This document shows positions 40,231 through 60,990 of a stretch of 64,000 bases of DNA, piece after piece. The DNA is taken from assembly GCF_009914755.1 (NCBI RefSeq), contig NC_060929.1. One strand, written 5' to 3'. Every line of letters begins with the position of its first letter. The first letter of the stretch is position 1. This DNA comes from the human T2T-CHM13v2.0 reference genome, Homo sapiens. Made by a program: the position numbers and the translations under genes. Below the pieces are notes generated by a model, which was given only the letters and a program-made list of their open reading frames with translations, was not told where the DNA came from and did no database searches.

Positions 40231-42025
40231 TGACTGGCTTATTTTTCCTCAGGGCACATCCATATTGTAGCAATGTCAGAATTTCATTTCTTTTTAAGGT
40301 TGAGTAATATTCCGTTGTATGTATATACCAAATTTTGTTTATCTATTCATCCATTGATAGACACTTGGATTGCTTTCACTTTTTTGGCTATTGTGAATAA
40401 TACTACTGTGGACATGGGCGTACACATATCTCTTCGAGATCCTGCTTTCATTTCTTTTGAGTATATACCAGAAGTACAATTACTGGATTACATGGTAATT
40501 ATATTTATACTTTTTTGAGGAACAGCCATACTGTTTTCCACAGTGGATGTACCATTTTATATTCTCAGCAACAGTGCACACGGATTCCATATTCTTCACA
40601 TCCTCACCAGCACTTGTTTTCTATTTTTTAGATATTGACCATTTTAATGGGTATGAAGAGATATCTCACTGTGGGTTGTTCTGTATTTTTTTTATCTTTT
40701 TTTTTTTTTGGATAATTGACAAATGAAAAATTGTATATCTTTATGGTGTCATTGTGGCTTTAATGCCACTTTGGTTTGAGACCTTAACCTCCTTAGTTTG
40801 TCCCAAGTTTAGAAATATGTACTGCTATTTTATACGTTTCTTAAAACAATGTGTTTTTATGTGTTTTCTATGTTTGTGATAATACTGAATGTGTGTTATA
40901 TTGAGTGCTCTGTATTCCTAAGAGCAGTTAAATTTCCAGACCCCTAATAGTTTTGTTAATGTTTCTATAATGTCTAGAATTTATCAAGAAATCTCATTAT
41001 ATTAATTTGCCTATAATTTAAAATCTACCTTCATTTACCATAAAAATGGAACATGAATTTCTGGATTTGAATTCCTGTTTCTCTACTTATTTGCTTTGCA
41101 ATGTAGGTAGTTTTTAAATCTCTAAGCCTGAGATTCCCCATTTACAAAATAGGGATGATATGCTGGAATTATTAATATGTTGATTAAATTAGACAATACA
41201 TGTAATGATTTTAGCACACAACATTAGGCCGTACACAATAAATAGTATTATTTTTCTCCTTTTAAAAATATGGACTGTATTTACTCCACTTTATTCTCCT
41301 TTTGAAAATATGGACTGTATTTACTCCACTTAACCTCCTTTTCTTTTCTCCTGATTTTCCAGAGATCATAGTGCCATTTAATAGTGTTATATGTTAGATG
41401 TCCATTGGAATGTAATTTGTCTCAACCAAACAACTGAGCCCCTTTAGAGGAACTTGATACTCACATTTTCTCACCTTTGTAGATACCTTTTTCACTAGAA
41501 TTTCTTCTCATTTCAGTCAGATTATGTGTATTTTCTCCTTTCTTTTTGCCAAAAAAGTGACAAAAAGAAAATCAAAGTTAAACGGCAGTGCCTGGAACCA
41601 CCTGTTAGCAACAATACGTCTTCTGCCTTGAGCAGAGGCAGTGCTTTTCTGGTTCCTCTTTTCCTTTTAACCAAAATTGCCTTTTTAGTTTCGCCTAGCA
41701 TTTTTTTTTTTCTATAACCTTCTGCTCGTTCTTAGCTCTAATCTTCCTGATGTTACTCTTATAACTTCATGCAACTCATTTGTACCTGTCTTTAGGAATG
41801 GGCCTCTACATGTATAAACTTTGTATAAACTTTAAAATCTGAGCTCTTAAGACTTCTTTGGGCTTACAGTGGTTTATTTTCCTCTCTTCCTTCTCATCTG
41901 CATTCTTTGCCATTGAATACTCAGAATTGATTTATTTTCCTCTCTTTCTTCTCATCTGAATTCTTTGCCATATAAAACTCAGAATTGAGTTTTAAAAGTT
42001 AAACTATTCTATTAAAAAAATAGTT

Positions 42026-42339
<314 letters not shown>

Positions 42340-42365
42340 TTAAATTGCCTACATAGACCATGTGA

Positions 42366-42686
<321 letters not shown>

Positions 42687-42949
42687 TGAAAGAGAATTGA
42701 GGGTCTGTGATTTCTTTGCTTGATTTCAGCTCCAGGAAGGGTGCTGGGATGTAGAGCTTCCATGTATCTCTTCTACCCTTTGTGTCTATTATGAGTTACT
42801 GACTTTTATATTAATGAGTTTGGCCAGTATTTTATATTGTGTATAAACCTTTTTCTGTAGGCAGTTCTGGCATGTAAAATTTAAACATATACCTCTATTT
42901 ACCCAAAGATAATGTTCATTTAGTTGTTTTGTTTTTTTGTTTTTCTTTA

Positions 42950-45765
42950 TAAATAGACTGCATTTTTTAGTTCAGTTTTTGGTTCACAGCAAAATTAAGT
43001 GGAAGGTACAGAAAGTTCTCACATACTCTCTTCTCCCACACAGGCACAGCCTCCTCCATTATCAGCATCTCTCACCAGAGTGGGACATTTGTTATAGTCA
43101 GTGAGCTTCCATTGACACATGATTATTATCCAGTGGGGTTCATTCTTGGTTTTGTACATTCTGTGGGTTTTTAACACATGTATCCACCCTTATGATATGA
43201 TACAGAATCATTTTTTACCTCTTAAAAATTCTCTGTGCTCTGCCTGTTCACCTCTTCTTCCCCACAACCCCTTGCAACCACTGATCTTTTTACTGTCTCT
43301 ATAGTTTTGCCTTTTGCAAAATGTCATAGTTAGAATCATACAGTATGTAGCTTTTTCAGACTGGCTTCTTTCACTTAGTAATATGCATTTAAGTTTCTCC
43401 ATGTCTTTTTATGGCTTGATAGCTCATTTCTTTTTAGCATCTCTATTAGGGTTCTCTAGAGGGACAGAACTAATAGGATATATGTAATATATATGAAAGG
43501 GAGTTTATTAAGGAGAATTGACTCATGTGATCACAAGGTAAAGTCCCACGATAGGCCATCTGCAAGTTGAGGAACAAGGAAGCCAGGGGTGGATCAGTCC
43601 AAGCCCAAAACCTCAAAAGTAGGGAACCTGACAGTGCAGCCTTCAGTCTGTGGCCAAAGGCTCAAGAGCCCCTGGCAAACCACTAGTCTAAGTCCAAGAG
43701 TCCAGAAGCTGAAGAATTTGAGTCTGATGTTTGAGGACAGGAAGCATCCAGCACAGGAGAAAGATGAAGGCCGGAAGACTCAGCAAGTCTGCTCTTCCAT
43801 CTTCTGCCTGCCTGCTTTATCCTAGCCACGCTGGCAGCTGATTAGATGGTGCCTACCCAGATTGAGGGTGGGCCTGCCTCTCCCAGTCCACTGACTCAAA
43901 TGTTAATCTCCTTTGGCGACACACCCACAGACACACCCAAGAAACAATACTTTGCATCCTTCAATCCAATTAGTTTGACACTCAATACTAACCATCACAG
44001 CACCAAATACTATTTCATTGTCTTGGTTGTACCACAGTTTGTTTATCTGTTCACCTGCTGAAGAACCTTTTGGTTGCTTCTAAGTTTGAGCAATTATGAG
44101 TAAAGCTGGTATAAACATTCATGTGCAGATTTTTTATGTGGATATAGTTTTCATCTCATTTGAATAAGAAGCATGATTGCCAAATTTTATGGTAGGAGTA
44201 TGTTTAGGTTTGTAAGAAACGGCCAAAGTGCCTTCTAAAATGGCTGTATCATTTTGCATTCCCAACTATGAATGAGAATTCCTGATGCTCCTCATCCTTA
44301 CCAACATTTGATGTTGTCATTGTTTTGGATTTTGGCCATTCTAATAGGTGTGTAGTAGTATCTCATAGTTGTTTTAATTTGCAATTCCTTAATGACATAA
44401 CATGTTGAACATCTTTTCACATGCTTACTTGACCAATCTGTGAGTCTGTGGTGGGCTCCCTACTCATATCTTTTGCCATACTTTAATCAGATTGTTTTTG
44501 AGTTCTTTGTATATTTTGAATTATAGTCTTTTATCAGATAGAACTTTTTCAGATTTTTTTTTTCCTAATCTGTGGCTTGTCTCCTCATTCTCTAGACAAT
44601 GTCTTTCTCAGAGCAAAAGTTTTAAATTTTAATGAAGGCCAGCTTATCAATTATTTCTTCCATGAATTGTACCTAAAAAAAGGCATCATCATACCAGAAG
44701 TCATCTAGATTTTCTCCTGTATTATTTTCTAGGAGTTTTATAGTTTTGCATTTTACATTTAGGTCTGTAATCCATCTTGGGTCAATTTTGTGAAGAGTGT
44801 AAGGTCTAGTCTAGATTTACTTTTTTGATGTAGCTGTCCAGTTGTTTCCTGTATCATTTTTTGAAAAGATTTTTTTTTCTTCCATTGTATTGTCTTTGCT
44901 CCTTTGTCAAATACCAGTTGACTGTATTTACTTGGGTCTATTTCTAAACTCTATTCTGCTCCTTTGATCTGTTTGTCTGTTCTTTTATTTTATCATGATC
45001 TTGATTACTGTATCTTTATAGTAAGTCTTAAAGTGAAGTAGTGTCAGTCCTCCGACTTCATTCTTCTCCTTTGATATTGTGTTGGCTATTTTGAGGCTTT
45101 TACCTCCCCATATAAAGTACAGAATCATTTTGTCTATATCCAAAAAATAGCTTGCAGGGATTTTGATTGGCATTATTACTCTATAGATTAAGCTGGGAAA
45201 CACTGCTATCTTGACGATATTGAGTCTTATTCTTGAATGTGCAGTATTTCTCCATTTATTTAGTTCTTTGATTTCTTTCATCAGAGTTTTGTAGTCTTCC
45301 TCATAGAGCATGTTCCTATTTTTTTATATTTGTGCCTAAGTATTTAATTTTGGGGATACTAATGTAAATTATAATTTTTTTATTTTAAATTTCATTTGTT
45401 TATTGTTGCTGTATAGGAGAGCAATCAACTTTTGCTTATTAACCTTGTATCCTGCAACCTTGCTATAATGCTTACTAGTTCCAGGAATTTTTTGGTCAGT
45501 TCTTTCTTATTTTTACATAGACAATCATGTAATTTGCAAACAAAGACAATTTCCTCCTTTCCTATCTGTGTACCTTTTATTTATTTATGGCATTAGCAAG
45601 GACTTCCAGTATGATGTTGAAAAGTGGGAGAGGAGGCATCTTTGCTTTGTTTTTGATCTTAGCAGAAAACCTTCTAGTTTCCTACCATTAAGTATGATGT
45701 TAGCTGTAGATGTTCCGTATCAAGCTGAGGAAGTTCCCCTCTATTCCTAATTTGCTGAGTCTCAC
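42950..45765 (-). mobile_element. L1M (L1MB/MC-type) 3' end and degenerate ORF2, split by an MLT2 LTR
   Basis: Minus ORF 44985-45311 (LYEEDYKTLMKEIKELNKWRN...PIKIP...KKNEVGGLTL..FKTYYK-like) is L1 ORF2-like. Confidence 0.85.
43441..43999 (-). mobile_element. MLT2A-type ERVL solo LTR
   Basis: 'tattagggttctctagagggacagaactaatagga...ctggcagctgattagatggtgc...taaccatcaca'. Confidence 0.85.
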
Positions 45766-45915
45766 TTAGTTTTTTAGTTTAACTTTTTTGTTTAAAATAA
45801 TTTTACAGATACTGATTATAGTTAAATCCTTCAGGTCTCTGAAAAAGAATTTTTTGTCTCAAATTTAAACCTGAATTAGTTTATGTTAGAAAAACAATTA
45901 AAAATGTGTTGTTGC

Positions 45916-46735
45916 TGCTATGTTCTGAATTGTGTCGTCCCAAAATTCATGTTTTGAACCAAGGCCTGGGCACCTCCTCACTCCACCCAGAGGGTTGGGA
46001 GGGTAGAACATCAAACCAAAGAGGTTTATTCTCCAGCCTTAAGGCCTAATGCAATTTGCTTTGCTAGGTTTTCAGCTTCCTTGACCCATCATCACTCCCT
46101 TATTTTTTGTTTTTCCATTTTGGAATGGGAACGTCTATCCTGTGTCTGTCCCACCATAAGCACGTAACTTACCTGGTTTCATAGGTTTACAGCTGGAAAG
46201 GAATTTTGCCTCAAGTCTCGTATGTCATATGTAGATGATATTTGGATGATACTGGGTTTACAACATTAGAGTTGATGTGGAAATGAGTTAAGACTTCAGG
46301 GGCTGTTGGGATAGAATATATGTGTGTATTTTACATGTAAGAATGATGTGAATTTTGGGTTGCTGGGGTGGAATGCTAATGGACCATATTGAATCTCCCT
46401 AAAATTCATATGTTGAAGTCCTAACTACCAGTGTGATGGTATTTGAAGATGGAAATAATTAGGCTTGAGAGTGGGATTGTCATAATGAGATTAGTTCCCT
46501 TATAAGAAGAGGAAAAGAAACAGATCTTTCTCTAAGAGCATGCACTGAGGAGGGGCCATATGAGCACACAGTGAGAAAGCAGCTGTCTGCAAGCCAGGAA
46601 GCAGGTCCTCACTAGTTACCAAATCTTCTGGCACCTTGATCTTGGACTTCCCAGCCCCCAGACCTGTGAGAAATAAATTTCTGTTGTTTAAGCCACTCAG
46701 CCTTACGGTATTTTATAGCCTGAGCAAGCTACGAC
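45916..46735 (+). mobile_element. MaLR (MLT1A-like): LTR stub, internal remnant and 3' LTR from ~46374
   Basis: LTR start 'tgcta...ccaaaattcat(at)gtt' appears at 45916 and 46374; 3' LTR has 'ggcaccttgatcttggacttcccagcc...gtgagaaataaatttctgttgtttaagccac'. Confidence 0.7.
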
Positions 46736-46935
46736 TATTGCCGATCCTGGTATTTCTATAACTTTTTAAATTGTCATATTCAAGCTGATTTCTAGTGCTT
46801 GTTTTCGGATATAGATTCACAGCTAGGAAGGACAGTGAGACTTGTGAAATATCTGAAAATTTTCTTTTTCATGTAATACTTGGGTTGGGTTAAAAGATAA
46901 ACACATGGACAATCTGAGTTTCTGATATGTATTAA

Positions 46936-47241
<306 letters not shown>

Positions 47242-48904
47242 TGAACCATGCATTGTGAAAGGTGCTAGAAACATACAAAGAAGTTTGACACGTGGCCTCT
47301 GCCTTAAGTTGCCGATATTGAAGAATGTATTAATCAAATAAAGACATGATGTTCCCTCATTTTTTTGTCCTGCTTAGTGTTTCTTCCCAGTGCTAAGGAT
47401 CTGAAATCATACTACCACTTTGTTTTTTGAGTGTTACCCTGACTGGAACATAAGCTGTACAGGAACTTGCTTTGTTCACAGCAGTATCCCCAGTAGCTAG
47501 AAGAGTGCCTCATTGTAAATACACAACACATATTTATGGAATATTGTGTATGAATGCTGGTGAAGGATTAGAATTTTATAATTAAGGTATTTGTGGAGTA
47601 TTTTGGGTTGAGATGACTTGTAAGTGTTACCATGATGTGAGAGGAGCGGAATTAGAAATGGGAAATCTAGTGTGAATGATACTCCAGTGGCTTCACCACC
47701 ACTGCTCCCATCTTTTAAATTTAGGCAATAAGGTTTTATTAATAATTCATCCTGCAGATAGTTGCCATAACAAACCGGGCCCTTTTCATACTGCAATAAA
47801 ATGTCAAAGTCTCATGCATCAAGTGATCAGGAAGGAAACCCATCCCAGGTAAAGTGTATTGCCTGTTTCTTGAGAAGTTTTGTTTTTACCCCTTGCTGCA
47901 TTTTGCTTCTTTAACTTGAGGGCATCTTGGTCCAAAATAGGAATAAAAGGTAAATAAATATAATTGTGATAGGATTTCTTATAGAAGTGATTCAAAAAAA
48001 TCCTGCGGCCAAAAATAAGTTACGAAACAAAGTTTTCATTGTCTTGAGTTTACTGCCAACTTGCCTTAGTTTTTTCAGTGAAGTGCCTCACTTCTAGGCA
48101 TTGATTTTTTTTTTCTTCCATCACAGTAGAAGTAATTTAAGGGAAATCTATTTTGTGAATTTTGAAATTCTAGAATCAGTTTTTTCTTTTTCCCCAGCAT
48201 ATAGTTCTAGGACCTTTTCTTTCATGGGTTAGTTTTGGGGTGGTGGAGGGATATGTTGGGAAAATACTAGGTGACTAGCTTTAGTTATATAATTTGAATA
48301 TTTAATGTTAAAACTATTTCCACATATTTATATATTTTTAAAATTTTTATTTTTTTTGCCCTCACATCTTGCAAAGGAACATATATATTTTTAAATATAA
48401 AAAAATTTTAAGTAAGATAAATCTGCCATTTCAAAGCTCTTCTTATGACCTGAAATTATATATGTAACTTTGGTTTTTTTTTAGTGTTGCTGTCCTCTTT
48501 GTTAGCACAAAGAGTGCAAAAGTCTGTCAAATGACTGTTTATGATAGTTGATAGCACTGAGGATTTATTTGAAAGGACTCATCAAAAGATGATTTGGGGT
48601 TTTTTTTTTTTAGCCCTCTCTTTCTCTCATAGAGATGATAAATGATTGTTGGGAAAGGAAAAAGAGAACAACCTAAAAATGGATAACTTAATCTGCTGCC
48701 TATTTGAGGCTTCTCTTGTAGATGCAGGCAGACATTAACCTCTTGATTATCTTTGGCAGCAGAAGGCCATCTAGTGGTAACTTCTGTCTAAAGACTGCTG
48801 GAAGTTTGCTGTGGATTAATGGGTACTTTTGTTGCACCATACAGTCTATTTGGTTTCATTGTAATGATTCTTTTAGCTGACTCTTGTGATGTTTGTCTTT
48901 TTAA

Positions 48905-49177
<273 letters not shown>

Positions 49178-49451
49178 TAACATAATTTGAGTCACTATAA
49201 ATGTGTATATTATGACTTTAGGTTATAATTTTTAAAAATTGTTAAATGAAAGTTGATAATTGCTTTTGGCCTGATTTAACAGGTTTTTAAATAAAATTAT
49301 TGAATTTGTAATTTTAACTACATAATAGATCTAAGATTTCATTTTGTAATCTAGACATTATAAAATGCATGATTGATATTGATTTTGATATTGAATAGGG
49401 GCTGAGATTATAAGGAATTTTAGTTAAAAGACTAAATTTCTAGAAAGCATT

Positions 49452-49822
49452 TGTATTAGTCCATTTTCATGCTGCTAATAGACATACTCAAGACTGGGTA
49501 ATTTATGAAGAAAAAGAGGTTTAATGAACTCACAGTTCCACGTGGCTGGGGAAGCCTCACAATCATGGCGGAAGGTGAAGGAGGAGCAAAGTCATATCTT
49601 ACATGGCGGCAGGCAAGAGAGAATGAGAGCCAAATGAAAGGGGAAACCCCTTATAAAACTATCGGATCTTATGAGACTTTATTCACTACTGTGAGAACAG
49701 TATGGGGGAAACTGCCCCCATGATTCAGTTATCTCCCACTGGGTCCTTTCCACAACATGTGGGAATTATGGGAGCTACAATTTAAGATGAGATTTGGGTG
49801 AGGACACAGCCAAATCATATCA
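49452..49822 (-). mobile_element. THE1 (THE1B-like) solo LTR
   Basis: TG...CA ends ('tgtattagtccattttcatgctgct'...'catatca'); exact 5-bp TSD GCATT at 49447 and 49823. Confidence 0.9.
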
Positions 49823-49955
49823 GCATTTAATATTAAAATTGCTATTTGAGTCTCTTAACTTCAACAGTTTTGATTATTATTACTAGATTTCATTAGGGTG
49901 ACTTGGCAGAATTCTTTAGAATACTAAAATTATTTCATTCCTAGCTAAGTACTGT

Positions 49956-50005
49956 TATTAAAAGTAATGGCAGAAGCCACAATTACTTTTCCACCAACCT
50001 TAATA
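49956..50005. mobile_element. MADE1 mariner MITE fragment
   Basis: 'aaaagtaatggcagaagccacaattacttttccaccaacc(t)taata' resembles the MADE1/Hsmar1 TIR. Confidence 0.7.
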
Positions 50006-50646
50006 TTAAGGATTTGCAAAGTTCAAAGGAACTTTTCAAGTTTTTCATCTACTCTCTTCACCTGACTGTATTGACATTCCAAAGATTTGTGCTTAAAATC
50101 TGAAAAGAATTTTAGTCATGTATTTAAGCAATCTGTACTGTATCTACATATTTAAGCAATCTGTACTGTATCTACATGGTTCTTAAGAATTTAGCACAAG
50201 AAGAGCACCTGTCACACGCTGTGCATGGGTTTTTTTCTTTTTGGTATTCAGCCCCAGTCCAGTGTTTTCATGATACTTTGCTGTAGATCTATTGTATACA
50301 TCAGTTTACTGGTTACCCTGAAGGTATTTCTGCCTTCTTGTACAGTAATGTGACTTTTGCATATTTATTTTAATCTCCACTCCCCAATGTTCTTCACTCC
50401 CCTGACCGCCCTCCCTCCCCAACCCAGTTTTCCTGGGCCAAGACTACCATAAGCAGTAAACCAGAGAACCTGATAAATCCAGGAAAATAAAAGTGAAAAA
50501 TTTCTATTTCAATTTTTATCTGCAGTTTTAGGCTAAAGATTTCAGCTCAGTTCATCCCAGTAATTTCCAACCTTAAAGGATAATCACTATGTGACTGCCA
50601 CATTAAATTATACATGCATGTATTGATCAATATCTACAATGCCTTA

Positions 50647-51013
<367 letters not shown>

Positions 51014-51866
51014 GAAACTCTGACATGTGACATGATCTTACATGAGGCTATTTATGATTTTGATTTTGATTTTTTATATATGATTCCTTTATTAGTATTT
51101 AAGTGACATCTCTTTACATTTTTTAGTGGTTTCTCCAGGAATTACCACGTTATCTTTAACATACCCCAATCTACCTAGAGTTAATATTGTACTATTTTTA
51201 GAATGTAAAATATGAAAACCTTGCTGTTGAAGAGTTTTAATTACCTTCTTTTATTCTTTGTGCTATTCATAAATTTTACATCTGCACATTATATCTTATA
51301 ATACAGTTAAAATTTTTCCTTTAAATAGTCATTAAGTCTTACAAAGAAATTAAGAGAAAATGGTATTTATAAATATTTGCAGGCAGATTCTTTGGGGCTA
51401 TGTAAATACACTGTTTCTCCTTTATATTTTACCCACAATTTTTGCATTCTTCAATATATCTTGTCTACAGTAATTATTACTGTGGTGTTCTAGTGGTGAT
51501 TTTCTATTTTGCATTTATCCCATTAAGGGAGAATGTATCTCAGATCAGAAATATTTGTTTTAATTATGAGATACTGTACTGTGTTACCTTTCTAAGATTA
51601 AAAAAAATTATGAACTATAACTGGCTCTAAGGGTTTCTTTTAAGGGAATTATATATTATTTTAGAATTCATGAATCTTTAAATAATGTAGCTGTTGTCTT
51701 TTAATTTCATGGTGAATACTAAGACTGGTTTTGTGATAGTTATTCTCTTTATGTAACTTCTACATATCTCTACTGTTAAAAGCTATCTTTTTCTTATGGT
51801 AAAATTGGTTTAGAGTGGTTGACAGTTTAAAGAGGGATTTGTGATGATATCTGTTCATTTTCATAG

Positions 51867-57268
<5,402 letters not shown>

Positions 57269-57744
57269 TGTGTCTTTTTTTGTTTTGGCTCTGGAGTTGG
57301 CCTGCCTGCGTTTGAGTCATGGGCCTCATAGCTTAGACAAGTTGCTTAACCACTCTATGCCTCACTTTCCTGACCTGTAAAGGAAAAGTCTACTTCATAG
57401 GAAGGATTTGAGGGAAGATTAATTGAAGTGTAATACAAATACAGTATTTAGAACAGTACTTAGAACATAAGAACTCAAATATTAAAATTGTTACTATCTT
57501 TTACATTTCCACTAGTTCTTTGATTCAGAATAATTACTTCTTATGTTGCTTGACCTCGGTGTATCAACCTTTGATGATCCACTTTGTGAATTTACAATTT
57601 TTTATTTCCTTTTGTCTTCTTTTTTGAAAAAATTTTAAATCACAGACTGACTTTGCATCATTGTCACTGTGTTGCACACTTTTACCAACCTCTGAATTAC
57701 ATATACAAGACATGCAAACTCATTCTAATTAGAAAGGAATGGTG

Positions 57745-58050
57745 AGCGAGGCACAGTGGCTCAGGCCTGTAATCCCAGCTTTTTGGGAGGCTGAGGCAGG
57801 TGGATCACCTAAGGTCAGGAATTCAAGAGAAGCCTGGCCAACATGGTGAAACCCCGTCTCTACTAAAAATCCAAAAATTAGCCGGGTGTGGTGGCGCGTG
57901 CCTGTAATCCCAGCTACTTGGGAGGCTGAAGACAGGAGAATCGCTCGAACCCAGGAGGTGGAGGTTGCACTGAGCCAAGATCATGCCATTGTACTGCAGC
58001 CTGGGCAACAAGCGATACTGCGTCTCAAAAAAAAAAAAAAAAAAAAAAAA
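57745..58050 (+). mobile_element. Alu (AluS-like)
   Basis: Sense Alu; TSD 'aaaggaatggtga' on both sides. Confidence 0.92.
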
Positions 58051-58187
58051 GGAATGGTGAAAAATCATGTGCCCTTGCCAGAAATGTAGAAAAACCCAAA
58101 CTACATATTAACCCTAAAGGATAAAGATAAAAGCACTTGTTCTTTTTTTTTTTTTTTTTTTTTTTAATAGATAAAAAAGACTCTATT

Positions 58188-58414
58188 CAAGCTTGTCCAG
58201 CCTGCACACATGGGCTGCATGTGGTCCAGGACAGCTTTGAATACGGCCCAACACAAATTGGTAAATTTTCTTAAAGCATTATGAGATTGTTTTGCGAGTT
58301 TTTTTTCTTTTTTTTAGCTCATCAGCTATCGTTAGTGTTAGTGTGTTTTATGTGTGGCCCAAGATAATTATACTTCACTGTGGCCTAGGGAAGCCAAAAG
58401 ATTGGACATTCCTA
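58188..58414. mobile_element. MER30 hAT-Charlie MITE
   Basis: 'ggcccaacacaaatt...tagctcatcagctatcgttagtgttagtg...gggaagccaaaagattggaca'. Confidence 0.8.
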
Positions 58415-60619
58415 CCAATTTCTGAGAATCAGTTCCTTCCTATGTCTTTTTACTTAAAAGGCATTTTGTAAGGTATTTTGTAGCAACATCACTGGTTGTT
58501 TTAGAAGTGTATTTTTTAAAAAAGCACACTTGTCCTAGCGGAAGAAGGTTCAGTGAGCACTAAGAGGATGTTGGCTTCTCTTGGGTTTAAGATAATTAGT
58601 TTTCAGGTTGCTGTAGCCAAAACAGTTCAGGTGATGAGGGGTTGGGACAGTGGCTAATACTATTTTGTATTACAGCAGTTTTGATGCAGCTATCGTTTTA
58701 TAAACATTTTTAAGATTGTCAGTAGACTGCAGCAATGCTTATAAGGAAGATTTATTTAGAGCTCTGTAGTATTTATGATTGAAAGAAGGAAGCATTTTTA
58801 AAACACCCTTCCCATTTAACATTTTAAATATTACTGATTTTTGTCATTGAGTTTGTAAGTCTATCATAAGCTTTGCAAAAACAAAACTTGTTCTTTCTAT
58901 CTAAATCAGTTTTTCTGTTTAAAAAAAGGGTAATGGGGCTATAGGGAAAATTCAAAGAAGAGCTATGGGCAGCTTGCTTAACCATCTCCATGTTAACGTA
59001 TGTTGGATGGGAGGTGGGAAGAGGGATTTAGACTGGTGGTGAAGACTTATCCATATTATATCAAATGGGTGTGTGTATAATTCCTAGTGAGAGATTTTCT
59101 GAGGCAGTTTATTGATGTTTAGAGATGGATTTTGAAAAGATCCTTATACTTTGTCTTAATCAGTTACCCCTTCCCATCTAATAAACCTCCTTCATTATTT
59201 CATTTTAAATAATACTTTCATTTGAGATAAATGCTGAGAATTTTAACAGAAAAGTTAAAACTGAAACCCCCAAACCAGTAGCAAAGGTTTATGAGTGTGC
59301 CCTTCTAACCTGTTCTGGTAGTCACTGTACATTGATCCTTGGCTTTCTTTGACAGATACTTTGCTGATTATAGATGGAGCTCTAGCTCTTTTTGAAAGGG
59401 TTCTCAGAGAAATTGGTTTGGTTCTAAAGTGTTTCTTGAGTTCTTTGTACCTAAGAAAGCCTTTCATTCTGCATAGCGTTTATCACCATCCAACATATAT
59501 ATTTCTTTACCCTGTTTATTGACTGTCTTACCTCATGGGAATGTAAGATCTGTGAGGACAGACCTGTGTTGCCACTGCTAGAACAGTTCTTGATATGTTA
59601 TAAGTAAGCATACCAATATTTGTTGAATGAATGAGAGTACTGAAGCAAGAAGTGAATTTTTTAAGTATTAGAATTTACCTTTTAAATAATGTAATATTTA
59701 CTTCTTAGTTGAATTGCTTCTAGCTCAATGTTTTATTAGCTCTCTTTATGCCTGAGAAGTGGTTTGATGTGGGGTGGGGTATTGTGGGAGCTGGCTAAAG
59801 TATAATTGAGAAGAAGGGGAAATTCAGCTAAGAAAGCACTCATATCCTTTCTCTTTGAACTTTTGGACTTTTGCTCCAAAGTTATCAAATTCTTGGAATT
59901 GTTGCTTGTAGAACCTGCAAAATTAATAGTCAAGTTAGAGCTTTAACCTGTTAACATTTAATATTTTCCCAAAGAAAGTAGGAAGGGCATAGTTTCCTTG
60001 ATACGCTTGACAAGAGAAAATAACCCCAAAAAGTGTACTTTTAATTACACAGCTTACAGAAGCTGGGGTGTTACAAATTTTGTAGTGTGATTTTAGTGCC
60101 CTGGTTTAGACCCCATAATATCCTTCCCTAACTGTTGTACATAAGGGGCAAGCCTTTCATTGCACTCAGGTGGGAGTGGGAGCAAGGAATACCTTTGAGA
60201 GAGAGAACGTATGATAAAACAAATACATGAACCATATTTGTGCTTCAGAATAAAAGATTAATTTTGCTGAAGAGTGTGTGTGGGTGATGTAGGGGGAGAA
60301 GTTCAGGAAGAAGAAACAACAGGGTCTAGAGGGTTTTTTAGATTTTGTCCACTTTATAGTTTTGCCAACATTAGTTCAGAAGTGTAATTAACAGTAAACT
60401 TTCCCTAATTGCCTTTTGTTTACATAAAATTTTGTGAAATGTGGTTTTCATTAACTTAGAATTGTTTAGACCAAGTTAGTGAATTCAGTGAAGGTGAAGA
60501 ATGCAGGCACAAACTAGTAATGTGTAACTAGTAAGGCTGGAGAGATGATGTTCATATGAAAAGAAGGTCCTTTCCTTTTATTGTCTGTTTAATAACCTGC
60601 TGTAAGCTTACCAATGCCC

Positions 60620-60990
60620 ATTTGCCCTTTCATTGCAGAACACCTGTGTCCAGCTGGATACCACGTTTCCTAGCTTTTTTTCAGCTAGGTATGGTCATGT
60701 GACTAAGCTTGGCCAGTAGGATATTAGCAGAAGTGATAGGCACCACTTCTGCATTATATCTGGAAGAGGAATGCACCCCTTGCTCTTTTCCCCTTCTCAG
60801 TGGCTGGAATGCAGATATGAAGGCAGGATCTAGCATAGATACCTTGAAGTGGACATGGAAGCCGAGGGATGAGGATGACAGTTGTGCTACCCCTGAAAGA
60901 GTACTGTGCTACACCTGAAAGAGTACTGTGAGAAAGAAACTTGCGTGGCGGATGGCTTTGTTATAGCAGTTTGGACTGTAACCTAATTAA
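60620..60990. mobile_element. Old ERVL-type LTR fragment (LTR16/LTR33-like)
   Basis: 'cagctaggtatggtcatgtgactaag...gcagaagtgat'; subfamily uncertain. Confidence 0.45.

Noticed and set aside
44985-45311. 108-aa L1 ORF2-like ORF
   Set aside because: Short, degenerate fragment of an old L1M; not an active element.
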